Source of the DNA: Histomonas meleagridis 2922-C6/04-290x
Lineage: Eukaryota > Protista > Parabasalia
DNA: 64,000 nucleotides
Assembly (NCBI GenBank): GCA_020184695.1
Contig: JAANOX010000104.1
Span: 62,001 to 126,000, forward strand
Reading direction: 5' to 3'
Shown here: positions 44,552 through 54,993 of the stretch, piece after piece
Numbering within the stretch: position 1 is the first letter of the stretch
Layout of the letters: every line of letters begins with the position of its first letter
Made by a program: the position numbers and the translations under genes
Notes under the pieces: model-generated
What the model saw: only the letters and a program-made list of their open reading frames with translations
Told to the model about the DNA's origin: nothing
The model's database searches: none

Positions 44552-45619
44552 ATGAACGATATGGAAGATACAACTAAAAGATTATATAACGTTAATCTTC
44601 TTCCTGCTGATTATTCTGCTGATACATTGCCTCCTACAAATGCATCTTCTCCACCAGATTCCAAAATCAAAAAAAGAATTACATTAAACGAACTAAAAGA
44701 ATTGTTACTTAATAATATATTTTTAATTGTACCTGTTTTCTTATTAATATTTTTCACTATCCTATTTTTCTGTTCCCATTTTATTCCAAGAAGTAGATAT
44801 TTAGAAGCCAAAAAACAACATCCCGATTTAAATTTTTTAGAGTTACCTACACACTATTAAATAGAACATTGGATATATTATGCGTGTTTAGTCCTTGTTT
44901 TTTTACTTATTCTTCTTGTAATATCTAAAGAATGGTGGTATCTCTACATAATTATAGGTTTAGCATCTGGTTACATATTATTTTGTGGAGTTGTTTATCA
45001 CGAAAATGTTAATGACTTATCTAGGAAAATATGGTATCAATCCTATAATTATACAACTTATGAAAAAAATATTAGTAAAATGTTAAAAGAAATTCCATAC
45101 ATTAAAATTGGAGCAATTGGAAAATACAATGATGGTGAAGATCCTTATGAATGTAATCCAAAAGCATTTTATGTTTATGGGGAAAATGCGTCTGTATCTA
45201 TAGATGAAAATGAAATTAGTGATTATGCATGGGTACAATTTATTATTAACTCTTCTGAAACTGATGAACAAAAACAATATATTAAAGAATTTAGTGATAT
45301 ATATAAATCTTATTTACCAAATGAAATTGTAGGTCGTAAGGTATATTGGGATTATGAATTTGGCTTTAGACTAAGGACTTATACAAATAAGTTAATTTTT
45401 GTAAAGAAAAAGGAAATTGAAAAAAGAATTAGCAAGCTAATAGGAATTACAATGATGGTGTTTTGGTCACATATAGGTTATATTTACAGACTTATTTCAA
45501 TACCTCTTTATTATATAACAATATCATTAAAAAATATAGAAATTAATCTGACTATGATTCGTGAAAAGAATTCAAGTGTTTGGGAAAACTTTTATTTGGA
45601 TTGCAGAGTGGTTTATTAA
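44552..45619 (+). pseudogene. Multi-TM membrane protein (possibly TMEM151-like) split by one in-frame TAA at 44858-44860
   Basis: ORFs 44552-44860 and 45080-45619 share a frame; the 73 intervening codons are open and encode TM helices. Confidence 0.6.
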
Positions 45620-45951
45620 GTGACAAATAAAAAGTATTTTTCATTTTAATTGAATAAAAAAAGTTTCAATTAATGTTTCCATATACTTTTCGATCATCTT
45701 TCGTTGCAGACGAATTCATCAATTAATTGATGCGAAAAAGAAAAACAATTCAATATTATAAAGAAACACAAATGATATTTAATTAAGATAAACTTATTGC
45801 TGATAACATTTTTGAAATAAATAATAAAACATTAACATTATACTAAAACCATTAAATAATTAATTATCCTTATAAACAAACAAATAATTTTGTACTAAAA
45901 AAAAAATATTTTTTTTCATGGTAAACATTTATTAAGAAACAGAATTTATTA

Positions 45952-48900
45952 TTATTTTGAGTTTAATGTCCTCAAGAAGTCCATATTTGATTTTATATTA
46001 CTTTCGCTTTTTTGTTCTCTTTTTCTTTTCACTTTTTCATCACTGATAAATTGCAATGTCAATGGAATTGGTGCGTAATCTCCTTCAGTTAAGTTAATTC
46101 TCGGCGACACTCTATTAATAATTTTCCGATGTAATTCGATACCCAATGAAGAAAATGTTCGAACCCATTTTTCGATTTTATTTGGGAATTTCAATTCTTC
46201 TTCTTCTTTCAACTTATTAATCATATCGAATTGACTTGCGAATGGCTGAACTTTTAACACATTTAATTGTTGATCTAATAAATTTGGTAATGTTCCCAAA
46301 TCCATACAATTGGTAAACATCGCATTAATTTCATTTTTATTATTAAATTTCGATAATTTAGTAATTATCGGACGAATTATTTCGCTCCATTTCGGGTTAT
46401 TCTTTATTAATGAGATATCAATGATTGGATCGACGATTGTAACAATTTCTTTTATGAAATATAATGCTTCATTCATTGTAGTGATCATTTTCTTTGCAGA
46501 GTTAAATATAATTAAAATCGCTTGAATATTAATATCCAAATCTAAACTATTACTAAATTCCGAATTATATAAATTCTTTTGATTATTTATGAAATTCTTT
46601 TGTTTAGCATTATAACTAATTCGTGTATTATATCCAATTCGTTTATAAGTATCAAACTTATGAACAATTATTCGTGATATTGTAAAAATTCGTTGTTTAA
46701 GTTGTTTAGAACCATTTTTTATCATTAATGAATAATGCCCTAAAACTCTATTTAAGACTTCATTATTAGTTCGAGATACCATTCGAAAGTCTTTCATATC
46801 AGAGTTATTATTATTATGGATCAAAACACTTTTAATGAATTGTAAATCTTCTGTTTGAATGTTACTATTACCTAAAAAACTTTCAAATGTTTTCTTTGCT
46901 TTAGAATCAACTTCTAATTTACTTAAACATGTACGAAATGCTTTAATAAAATATTTCAATGCGTTTTCTTTAGTTATATAATTATCTAAACATAATTTAT
47001 ATAATGGTAACATCTTAGAAAAATATGTATCTGTTAAAACGGCGAAATCAAAAAATGAAATTATATAATCGAAACATAACATTTCATTATTAACAAAATG
47101 TCGAATAAATAATTTAAAAGTAGAATTAATATATTCGAAAATTGGTTCACGTGAATTTTTTTCATTTTTTAAAAAATATGATGTACTTCGATAAATACCT
47201 TTTAATAAATCAGTAATTATCGAATTATCAATTATGTATTGTAAATTGTTTAATATGTTAATAGATATTAATGAATATTTTAAGTTCTTACATCCAATAA
47301 CCCAACGCATTGCTTCAAACGCCCAATTATTTATAGGGAACTCATTAAATATTGTTTTTTTACTCATTTCTAATAACTTCGTTTGTAGTTTTAACACAAT
47401 AATTTTCAAATTTTTTGTTGTGTTATTAATTTGTATATATGGAATTTTTAATATTTTTGTGATAGTTTTATATAAATTTTCGGTGGAATTCGAATTAAAT
47501 ATTAATGAAAAATGTATTAATAATGGTAAATATTTTAACATAAATGTTTTATTATGTTTTAATGATTTCGTAATAATAGTAACCATCCAAAACTCTTTCT
47601 CAAAATTCATTCCATTTTGATATACTATAAAAGCATAAAAAGAAAATTGAAATCGTTGAATTAATCGATTTGATATTTCCTCAGGATATTTCGACAAAAG
47701 TCTCGAAAATATCATTAACTTTAATTCAGGATCATTCGAATTCGACACGAAAATAGGAATAATTTCGGAATCTTTAGATATCTCAAATAATATATTCCAC
47801 AATTCTAAAATATAATCAAAATCTTTACGATGATTACCAGTTAAATTTAATAATGATGTTAAAAACTCATGTCTTGTTAATCTTTTCTCAGTGGTAATAA
47901 AAGTAGGTATACAACCTGCTTGATTCGGTAACATTCTAAATAGTTTAATCCATGGTGATATTATATCGACCATTGATTTATAAGAACCTTTAAATTTAGG
48001 ATTATTTACTATTTGTAACCATGCAGCTACAATTTGTTCTGCAACACGTTCACCAAAATTCGTAATTATAGTTAAGACAATATCTTCCGAATTTAATAAT
48101 TTTTGTTTAATTTCTTCAAATTCATTTGTTTTTAAATATGTGCTTAAATATATTAATGAGAATTGTTGTAAATATTGCCGTGAATTTATAGTTCCTTTTA
48201 ATAAATGATATAAACCTACTAAAAATAAAGAACCATTATATTTAAGGAGAAATTGTGACTTAGATTTTAATGATTCTGTTGTTTCATTTTCATATGTAGG
48301 TAATATCGAATAAATGGTATCAAAGAAAAATTCGGTATATTGATTATTCATTAAAAAACAAGACTCAATAAATATTTCTAAAAAAAACAAATGATGTTTT
48401 AAAAAAGGTGTTAAAACATGATAACCAAAAGTTTCAGCTTTAGCTAAAGTTTTTACAATATTATTTGTAGACATTAAATTAAAATTATTACTTTTAAATA
48501 TTGTCATTGTAGACACAAAATTTAATAAAGCAAATGCAGCATAACGTTGAACTCTATTTAAGAATTTATTACATTTAAATTGTAATATTTGAATTAAGAA
48601 CATAAAAATATTATATTTATTTGATTCATTCGCTATGAAATCAGGAACATATTCAAACATTATAGTTATTGAATATAAGTAATATAGAAGATATTTTTTA
48701 ACTTTTGATGATAAACAAATTTGTTTATTTTTATATATATTTTTTATTCCTTTATTATTTAATGTTATATCATCAATAAAACTTTTTTTAATTTTATTAA
48801 AACAAATTGATAATATATTTACAAGTGGTTCATAAAAATCTTTTTTAGATATTGTATTACTATCATAATAACATAAATAATAATATACAACAGATAATAT

Positions 48901-51459
48901 TTTATTCGTTACATCTTTTTTATTATTTGGTTTCTCAAATGAATGTTTTAATGTTTCCGAAAGATTTGGTGCTGAATTAGAATATGATAAATGTCCAACA
49001 CCTTTAATAATAATTGATGATAATATATTTAATATATGTGGAATTAAATTCGAATTCGCATGTTGAATTGCTTTAAATATTAATGATTTATTATTTTCAT
49101 AATTAAATAATAATATCGAAATAACATTTAATATATTATAAACATAAATTTCCAAATATTTCTCTGTGGAAAATTTTGTTGTTAAATATAAATCTTGATT
49201 TTCATCATTATTATCAATCCTTAATGTAGATAATAATAATACTAAAAATCCAATTAAAAAATGATTTTCAATTGGTTTAATAGTTTTCGATAAATTATTA
49301 ATCTCTTTTAATAATGGTGTATAATTAATAGATATTAAAAGTTTCCCTAATTCTGAGATATAATAAAGCCATGGAATTTGATAACGTGATGATAATGCAT
49401 CCATAAAATGTAATATAATATCATTCGGTTCAGTAAACCAATGATGTTTTGGAATTCGATTTAATGTAATATTATGTGTAACATTAGATTCAATAGTAGG
49501 AATATGTGTTTCAAAATATCCATAAAATCCTCCATTTTGTAATAATTTATTAACTTTTATTAATAATTGATACCCTAAAATTCTTAACATCGGATTTTCT
49601 GAGGTTAATCCCAAAAGTGCCACCAATTCTATTTTATTTTTAATTTTTAAAGATATATCTTGATTAAAATCATCGATAGTTTCACATAATAAAGATAAAC
49701 AGACAAATATTACTGGGCTTTTTTGATAAAAAGTAATCATTTGTAATAAGCATTCTAAAATTTGATTTCTATGATCAGAACTTTTTAAGTTTTGATAACA
49801 AATTTGATAAGCAGGTTTTGAAATGGAAGAATCGGTTATTGCCGATAGCAAAATAATCTTTTGAATCCACTTATTTGAATGGCGCAACTGATATTTCAAT
49901 AGATATGGCAAAATTTTTGTGATTTTCATTGATTGTATTGATCTTTTAGTAGTTGTCGAACTAATTTGAAAGTATGGACCAGGTTTTAACTTCCAAATAT
50001 TAGAAAATAAATTACCAACTATGTCAGTAGCAGTTTGAATTGTTTCATAATAAGGTTGGAAATCTTCATTTGATATTCCATAATTAGACATTAATTTAGT
50101 TACTTCAAGGATTTTATATTCGATATTTTCGGAAATTTGATTAAAAAATAAGTCTTTGATTTCATTAGATAAATTATAATTATGTATCATAGGAACTATG
50201 GATAACATAACTAAAAATCGATCAAATGAATCATCTTCTAATGAAAAATTTAAAAATTGATTACAAACTTTTTCGAAAAATTGATGAAAATCAGTTAGTG
50301 CTAAATGTACTAAAATGTCTCTAATTATATTTGGACATGTACCAAAATATTTTGAATGATAAAAATATTTCATAAATAGATCAATAGAATAAAATTCATT
50401 GTTTAAACGTAAGTAATCATATTCATTAGGACGATTTGTAGGTGTCCATGACCAAAAGACCATCTCTGGAGTTAATTCGAAATTACACATTCCATAAAGA
50501 AAGATTTTTGCGGCAATATACATTTCATTTTCAGAATGTGTAGCTAATGGAAAAATATGTTCTTCACAGAATTTGTTTATAATGTCTTTATCAGTATTAG
50601 TTTTGACTAATAAAAAGACTTTAAGTTCTAATGCTCCTGGATATAATACGTTGCTTTCTTGAATTGAATCAGAGAGCGATTGAAAATAATTCAAATTTTT
50701 GGGGTCCCCCGGATATGTCATGATTATAGTTGAAATAGATGAAAGTATTGATAATGTTAAATTACGGCGTTTACTATTAGAACGTTTTGTTAACGAAATA
50801 ATTAAATCAAGAATGTCATCAATTTGATTACTATTTGAATCTAACCGGAGATATTTTAATAAAACAAAAAATGAATCAGCTCTGTTAATAACATAATTTG
50901 AAATCTTTTGGTAAATGTCACTGATGTAATTCTTTGAAATTAAAGAAAATATAACAGACCATTGATTTAATATTTTTTGACCAAGTTTTGTTGTAATTGT
51001 AGAAAATTGAAATGTGCATAAATCTATCCCACAATCAATTAAGGGATTTGGATTAAATTCTTTTGATTCTGTGGAAATAATCGTGCAAATTAAATCACTA
51101 ATTAAAAGAATTTCAAAACATTGATCAAGTTCTTGATAATATTTAATAAGAGGCTTTAATTCTTGTGGCAGGTCTAATTTATTAAATAAACGATATTTAC
51201 CATATCTTATTGCTAATAACATTTTTGAAATAAATAATAAAACATTAGAAACATCATACAAAGCAGTCTTAGATAATGTCGTGATAAAAGATGAATATTG
51301 TGGAAGTTCCCTAAAATAATTACTGAAAAATTGGATTAATAATTGGATATTTGATGAATTCTCTGCTGCTTGCCATTTAGAAAGTTCTTGATTAATTATC
51401 TTATCAAGATATTCAACTAACTTTCCCATTACAAAATGAAATATATATGGTTTAGACAT
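45952..51459 (-). CDS. Large ARM/HEAT-repeat protein, MOR2/TAO3/furry-like
   Basis: 1835-aa helical ORF; QWSVIFSLISK...FFVLLKYLRL resembles the MOR2-PAG1 N-terminal domain. Confidence 0.55.
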   Translation of the reverse strand: MSKPYIFHFVMGKLVEYLDKIINQELSKWQAAENSSNIQLLIQFFSNYFRELPQYSSFITTLSKTALYDVSNVLLFISKMLLAIRYGKYRLFNKLDLPQELKPLIKYYQELDQCFEILLISDLICTIISTESKEFNPNPLIDCGIDLCTFQFSTITTKLGQKILNQWSVIFSLISKNYISDIYQKISNYVINRADSFFVLLKYLRLDSNSNQIDDILDLIISLTKRSNSKRRNLTLSILSSISTIIMTYPGDPKNLNYFQSLSDSIQESNVLYPGALELKVFLLVKTNTDKDIINKFCEEHIFPLATHSENEMYIAAKIFLYGMCNFELTPEMVFWSWTPTNRPNEYDYLRLNNEFYSIDLFMKYFYHSKYFGTCPNIIRDILVHLALTDFHQFFEKVCNQFLNFSLEDDSFDRFLVMLSIVPMIHNYNLSNEIKDLFFNQISENIEYKILEVTKLMSNYGISNEDFQPYYETIQTATDIVGNLFSNIWKLKPGPYFQISSTTTKRSIQSMKITKILPYLLKYQLRHSNKWIQKIILLSAITDSSISKPAYQICYQNLKSSDHRNQILECLLQMITFYQKSPVIFVCLSLLCETIDDFNQDISLKIKNKIELVALLGLTSENPMLRILGYQLLIKVNKLLQNGGFYGYFETHIPTIESNVTHNITLNRIPKHHWFTEPNDIILHFMDALSSRYQIPWLYYISELGKLLISINYTPLLKEINNLSKTIKPIENHFLIGFLVLLLSTLRIDNNDENQDLYLTTKFSTEKYLEIYVYNILNVISILLFNYENNKSLIFKAIQHANSNLIPHILNILSSIIIKGVGHLSYSNSAPNLSETLKHSFEKPNNKKDVTNKILSVVYYYLCYYDSNTISKKDFYEPLVNILSICFNKIKKSFIDDITLNNKGIKNIYKNKQICLSSKVKKYLLYYLYSITIMFEYVPDFIANESNKYNIFMFLIQILQFKCNKFLNRVQRYAAFALLNFVSTMTIFKSNNFNLMSTNNIVKTLAKAETFGYHVLTPFLKHHLFFLEIFIESCFLMNNQYTEFFFDTIYSILPTYENETTESLKSKSQFLLKYNGSLFLVGLYHLLKGTINSRQYLQQFSLIYLSTYLKTNEFEEIKQKLLNSEDIVLTIITNFGERVAEQIVAAWLQIVNNPKFKGSYKSMVDIISPWIKLFRMLPNQAGCIPTFITTEKRLTRHEFLTSLLNLTGNHRKDFDYILELWNILFEISKDSEIIPIFVSNSNDPELKLMIFSRLLSKYPEEISNRLIQRFQFSFYAFIVYQNGMNFEKEFWMVTIITKSLKHNKTFMLKYLPLLIHFSLIFNSNSTENLYKTITKILKIPYIQINNTTKNLKIIVLKLQTKLLEMSKKTIFNEFPINNWAFEAMRWVIGCKNLKYSLISINILNNLQYIIDNSIITDLLKGIYRSTSYFLKNEKNSREPIFEYINSTFKLFIRHFVNNEMLCFDYIISFFDFAVLTDTYFSKMLPLYKLCLDNYITKENALKYFIKAFRTCLSKLEVDSKAKKTFESFLGNSNIQTEDLQFIKSVLIHNNNNSDMKDFRMVSRTNNEVLNRVLGHYSLMIKNGSKQLKQRIFTISRIIVHKFDTYKRIGYNTRISYNAKQKNFINNQKNLYNSEFSNSLDLDINIQAILIIFNSAKKMITTMNEALYFIKEIVTIVDPIIDISLIKNNPKWSEIIRPIITKLSKFNNKNEINAMFTNCMDLGTLPNLLDQQLNVLKVQPFASQFDMINKLKEEEELKFPNKIEKWVRTFSSLGIELHRKIINRVSPRINLTEGDYAPIPLTLQFISDEKVKRKREQKSESNIKSNMDFLRTLNSK

Positions 51460-51521
51460 TTTTTAAGTAGTAGAAGAATTAACGCTAACATTTTGGGGTG
51501 CCTTATTTTTAAAAAACAAAA

Positions 51522-52220
51522 ATGGAAACAAATAAAGAATTTAATTTAAAATTAATAAAAATACTCATAAATTATGGGCGTATTTCAAGTGCAATTGGTG
51601 TTTTTCACGAAGTTATTCAATTAAATCCTAAACTTAATGAAAAAGAAAGATCATTATTAATTAATACATATAAAAATTTGTTCAACAAAAAAAGAAAAGC
51701 AATGAATATTTTAGAAACAGAAATGAAAAATAAGTCTGAAAAAGATAATGAAAAAAATGAAATAATTAAAGCATGTCATGAAATAATATTAAATGAAATG
51801 AAAAACATTTATTATGAAATAATTAAAATAATTGATGAAAAATTATTACCTAGTGCTGAAAATTTAGAAGCTAAAATAATATATTTAAAAATGAAAGCAG
51901 ATTTTTCTCGTTATGTATGTGAATATATTGAAGAAAAAGATAAAAAATTATTTATAGAAAAGGCTGAATTATTTTATAATGAATCCATATCATTAACAAA
52001 AAATGTTTTTCCTAAAAATAGTTCAATTGTTTTGGGATTGATTTTAAATTATTCTGTTTTTATGTATGAGATTCAAAATAATAAAAATGAAGCAATTTCG
52101 TTATTGCAAAATACAGTTAATGAATGTTTAAAATCTATAAATGATATTGAAGATATTGATTCAAATACTAGGACTTTGTTGCAAATGATATTTGATAATA
52201 TAACCATTTGGAGTACTTAA
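51522..52220 (+). CDS. Divergent 14-3-3-like protein
   Basis: LNEKERSLL, YLKMKADFSRY, LGLILNYSVFMYEI, LLQMIFDNITIW motifs. Confidence 0.85.
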   Translation: METNKEFNLKLIKILINYGRISSAIGVFHEVIQLNPKLNEKERSLLINTYKNLFNKKRKAMNILETEMKNKSEKDNEKNEIIKACHEIILNEMKNIYYEIIKIIDEKLLPSAENLEAKIIYLKMKADFSRYVCEYIEEKDKKLFIEKAELFYNESISLTKNVFPKNSSIVLGLILNYSVFMYEIQNNKNEAISLLQNTVNECLKSINDIEDIDSNTRTLLQMIFDNITIWST

Positions 52221-52368
52221 TATCTTATGTAAAAAACATAAATTTCTAATTTTAGTTATGTTTAGACCATTTAAATCCTTTATCAATATATAGTTTAATT
52301 CTTTGTTAGTTATGCACGAATCTTGAATAATTTTGGAAGAAAAAAATAATTGTTTAAAATTAAAAAAA

Positions 52369-52440
52369 CTCGCTGACCGGGAATCGAACCCGGATCACAG
52401 GAACGACAATCCTACATGATAACCATTACACTATCAGCGA
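52369..52440 (-). tRNA. tRNA-Asp (GTC)
   Basis: Acceptor stem TCGCTGA/TCAGCGA, D-loop AATGGTT, anticodon loop TTGTCGT, T-loop TTCGATT, discriminator G, downstream T-run. Confidence 0.96.
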
Positions 52441-52668
52441 ACTTGAGAACTAAACTCAAAGATAATATTTGTTAATTACTTTAATGAAATGTTTTTTATG
52501 TTATAATTTTAATTTTGAAAGTTGGTTATGTTTATTTCAAATTTTTTTTTCCCACAGTGTTTTTTTCATATGACATCTTGTTTAATATAAATAATGAATT
52601 GAGATTAATAGATTAGGATGAAATTTTTGACGAAGTGCATATATTTGATATTTTTATTTCAATCTCTT

Positions 52669-53259
52669 TTATTGAATAGTACAACAACAATCTTCTTGTC
52701 TATAATTATTATGGTAATAATTATTGTTGTAGTTATTTGGCGTGTTGTATGCTATCCGAGGATTGTTTCTTTGGAGGTATTCAATCATTTGTTGTATTTC
52801 ACGAAGTGGACCATAATAATAACTTGCCATCCAGTTAATAGTGAACGCCATTATTTTTAGACTCTTGACTTGTTTTCCAGCAATAACAAATGTTCTGGAA
52901 ACAGCAACAGAAACATTTGTATTCGTAATTTCATAGAATTTATTTGTTGAGTTTCCACACAGTTCTGGGGCTTGAATCATGACACCATTTTCAACGAAGA
53001 TTTTTGGATCTAAAATTAAAGCAAGACTTAGAACTGCTCGAATATCTTCTGCATTTAGTCGATCATAATTTCTATAGTCGTGAAGCCTATAAGGTATACC
53101 AAAGCTAATAAGATTCTCACAACAATCGAGGTAATACATCAATTTCCCAATACAATCATTTGGTACTTGAGTTGAATACCCAGTTGTTTTGACAGATATT
53201 TGATTACCAGTTGCAATGCCAATGGGTTCATTTCTTACGAGGCTCGTTCGAAGTGCCAT
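52669..53259 (-). CDS. Conserved-looking hypothetical protein with N/Y-rich and Cys-rich tail
   Basis: ORF with globular composition, ends EDCCCTIQ; first ATG at 53259. Confidence 0.7.
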   Translation of the reverse strand: MALRTSLVRNEPIGIATGNQISVKTTGYSTQVPNDCIGKLMYYLDCCENLISFGIPYRLHDYRNYDRLNAEDIRAVLSLALILDPKIFVENGVMIQAPELCGNSTNKFYEITNTNVSVAVSRTFVIAGKQVKSLKIMAFTINWMASYYYGPLREIQQMIEYLQRNNPRIAYNTPNNYNNNYYHNNYRQEDCCCTIQ

Positions 53260-53380
53260 TTTCAAATACGAATTTGAAAAATTTTAGTGTTTGAGAGAGT
53301 GATATCACAAACAAAGGAAAAATTGATTGAAAAATTGTACTGAAATGAGGTGATTTGAATAAAAAATCTGTCGGTTATAA

Positions 53381-53653
53381 CCACCAGACGAATTTTAACC
53401 CCAACTGCTTGTGTAAAAACGGTTTATTATTCAATTAAAATTGCATGCAGCTGTTCAATTCGGTCGGTTCCCAGGCTCCAACAAGCTTAATTTTTTCTTT
53501 GAGTTATGTCAAATTGAATGCAATTACACTTAAAACTTGAGGCTTCACAAAAACATATGACTGTTGGCTTTTTCCGAGGTGAAAAAACTTGTCTCTGATG
53601 GGTATACCCATTTATTAATCGGCACAACTTTCCCCCACCAGACGAATTTTAAC
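53381..53653. repeat. 19-bp direct repeat CCACCAGACGAATTTTAAC flanking 235 nt
   Basis: Identical copies at 53381-53399 and 53635-53653. Confidence 0.85.
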
Positions 53654-53670
53654 GGTCTTCGTCCAGCCTT

Positions 53671-54375
53671 ATGCAAACCACAGATTTCAACACCAATTTT
53701 ATTGGCCTTTATAAATCATTTGCACTCCTAGCTGAAATCCTCGTTACAGCATTTTTTGTTGCTCGTTTTACTACTGTTTCATCTGAAGTAATTCGAAAAT
53801 TTATCCACATTGGTGTATCAAATTGGTGGTTTATTCTAGATAAATATTTTACTGGATTTTGGTTTTCAATTCTTGGTCCGTGCTTATTTATTATATTAAA
53901 TTCAGCAGCTACTTTCTTAGGCTGGACAAAATTTTTTAAAATGAATGAAAGAAAAAGGAATTATGGCCTTATATATTTCCCATGTACTCTATTAATTTTA
54001 ATTATTTTATATTATCAAAATGTTATTCCAAAATATGTTATTGGAATTTCAACATTAATAATGGGATATGGGGATGGCCTTGCTGCTGTAATTGGTAAAA
54101 AATTTGGGAGAAAAGTCATAAACCCAAATATTAACAAAAAAACATATGTTGGTTCATTCACAATGTTTATTTTTTCTCTTTTCATCCTTTACTTGTTTTC
54201 ATGTTACTACAATCTTGAATGGTTTCAATCGTTACACAAGTGCGGTGTGATGATGCTGATTTCGTTTTTAGCAACATTCATTGAGTTTATCACTCCTTAT
54301 GGTTTAGATAACCTAACTGTTCCGCTATGTGTTGCTTTTATGTTATGTGTTACCGAAAAGATCTTGGCAAATTAA
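53671..54375 (+). CDS. Phytol/dolichol kinase-like (CTP_transf_1 family) membrane protein
   Basis: RKFIHIG, MGYGDGLAAVIGKKFG, KTYVGS, GLDNLTVP motifs. Confidence 0.85.
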   Translation: MQTTDFNTNFIGLYKSFALLAEILVTAFFVARFTTVSSEVIRKFIHIGVSNWWFILDKYFTGFWFSILGPCLFIILNSAATFLGWTKFFKMNERKRNYGLIYFPCTLLILIILYYQNVIPKYVIGISTLIMGYGDGLAAVIGKKFGRKVINPNINKKTYVGSFTMFIFSLFILYLFSCYYNLEWFQSLHKCGVMMLISFLATFIEFITPYGLDNLTVPLCVAFMLCVTEKILAN

Positions 54376-54735
54376 ATATTATATTGTAAAAATTCTATCC
54401 CGACTTTTTCATTTTTTGAAATTGTGCTGACTTTAAAAACGAATAACAGATATATGGTAAAAAAATTTTATTATGTATTTATATTTCAATATTATTCAAA
54501 CGTGTGCCTGATATGTATGTGTCTTTACAATCTAAAAATTAAAATTATTTTTATGTGGAAAGAATTTTGTAAAAAATCCAAACACAGAAATTTCAAGCAT
54601 TCATATTTTCAAATGAACATTATATTCTTAAATAAAACCATGATCATGACCATTTAAACCATTTGTACAGAAAGTTATGTTGATGAATTGCATATTTTCA
54701 ATCATTTTATGTTATTACAAAAATTATTTGACTTA

Positions 54736-54868
54736 GGGTTGGCAATGAAAGGAATTTGGACTCAAAATGGAGGGGGAAAAAGAATAGGTGGACCGTTAAA
54801 AATACGTTATCCCCACTTATGCTTTTTCCCCCTCCATTTTGAGTCCAAATTCCTTTCATTGCCAACCC
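54736..54868. mobile_element. Palindromic MITE-like element with perfect 47-bp inverted arms
   Basis: 54736-54782 is the exact reverse complement of 54822-54868; no TSD found. Confidence 0.6.
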
Positions 54869-54993
54869 GAGTGAAATAAACAATTAAGATAAAAAGGTAT
54901 AATTTATAAATCAGAGCACTGCAGTGCCAAAATAGATTGAAGCATCGCTGAAAATTCAATTAAAACGGTTTTTCATGGCTTGCCTTAATTTAT

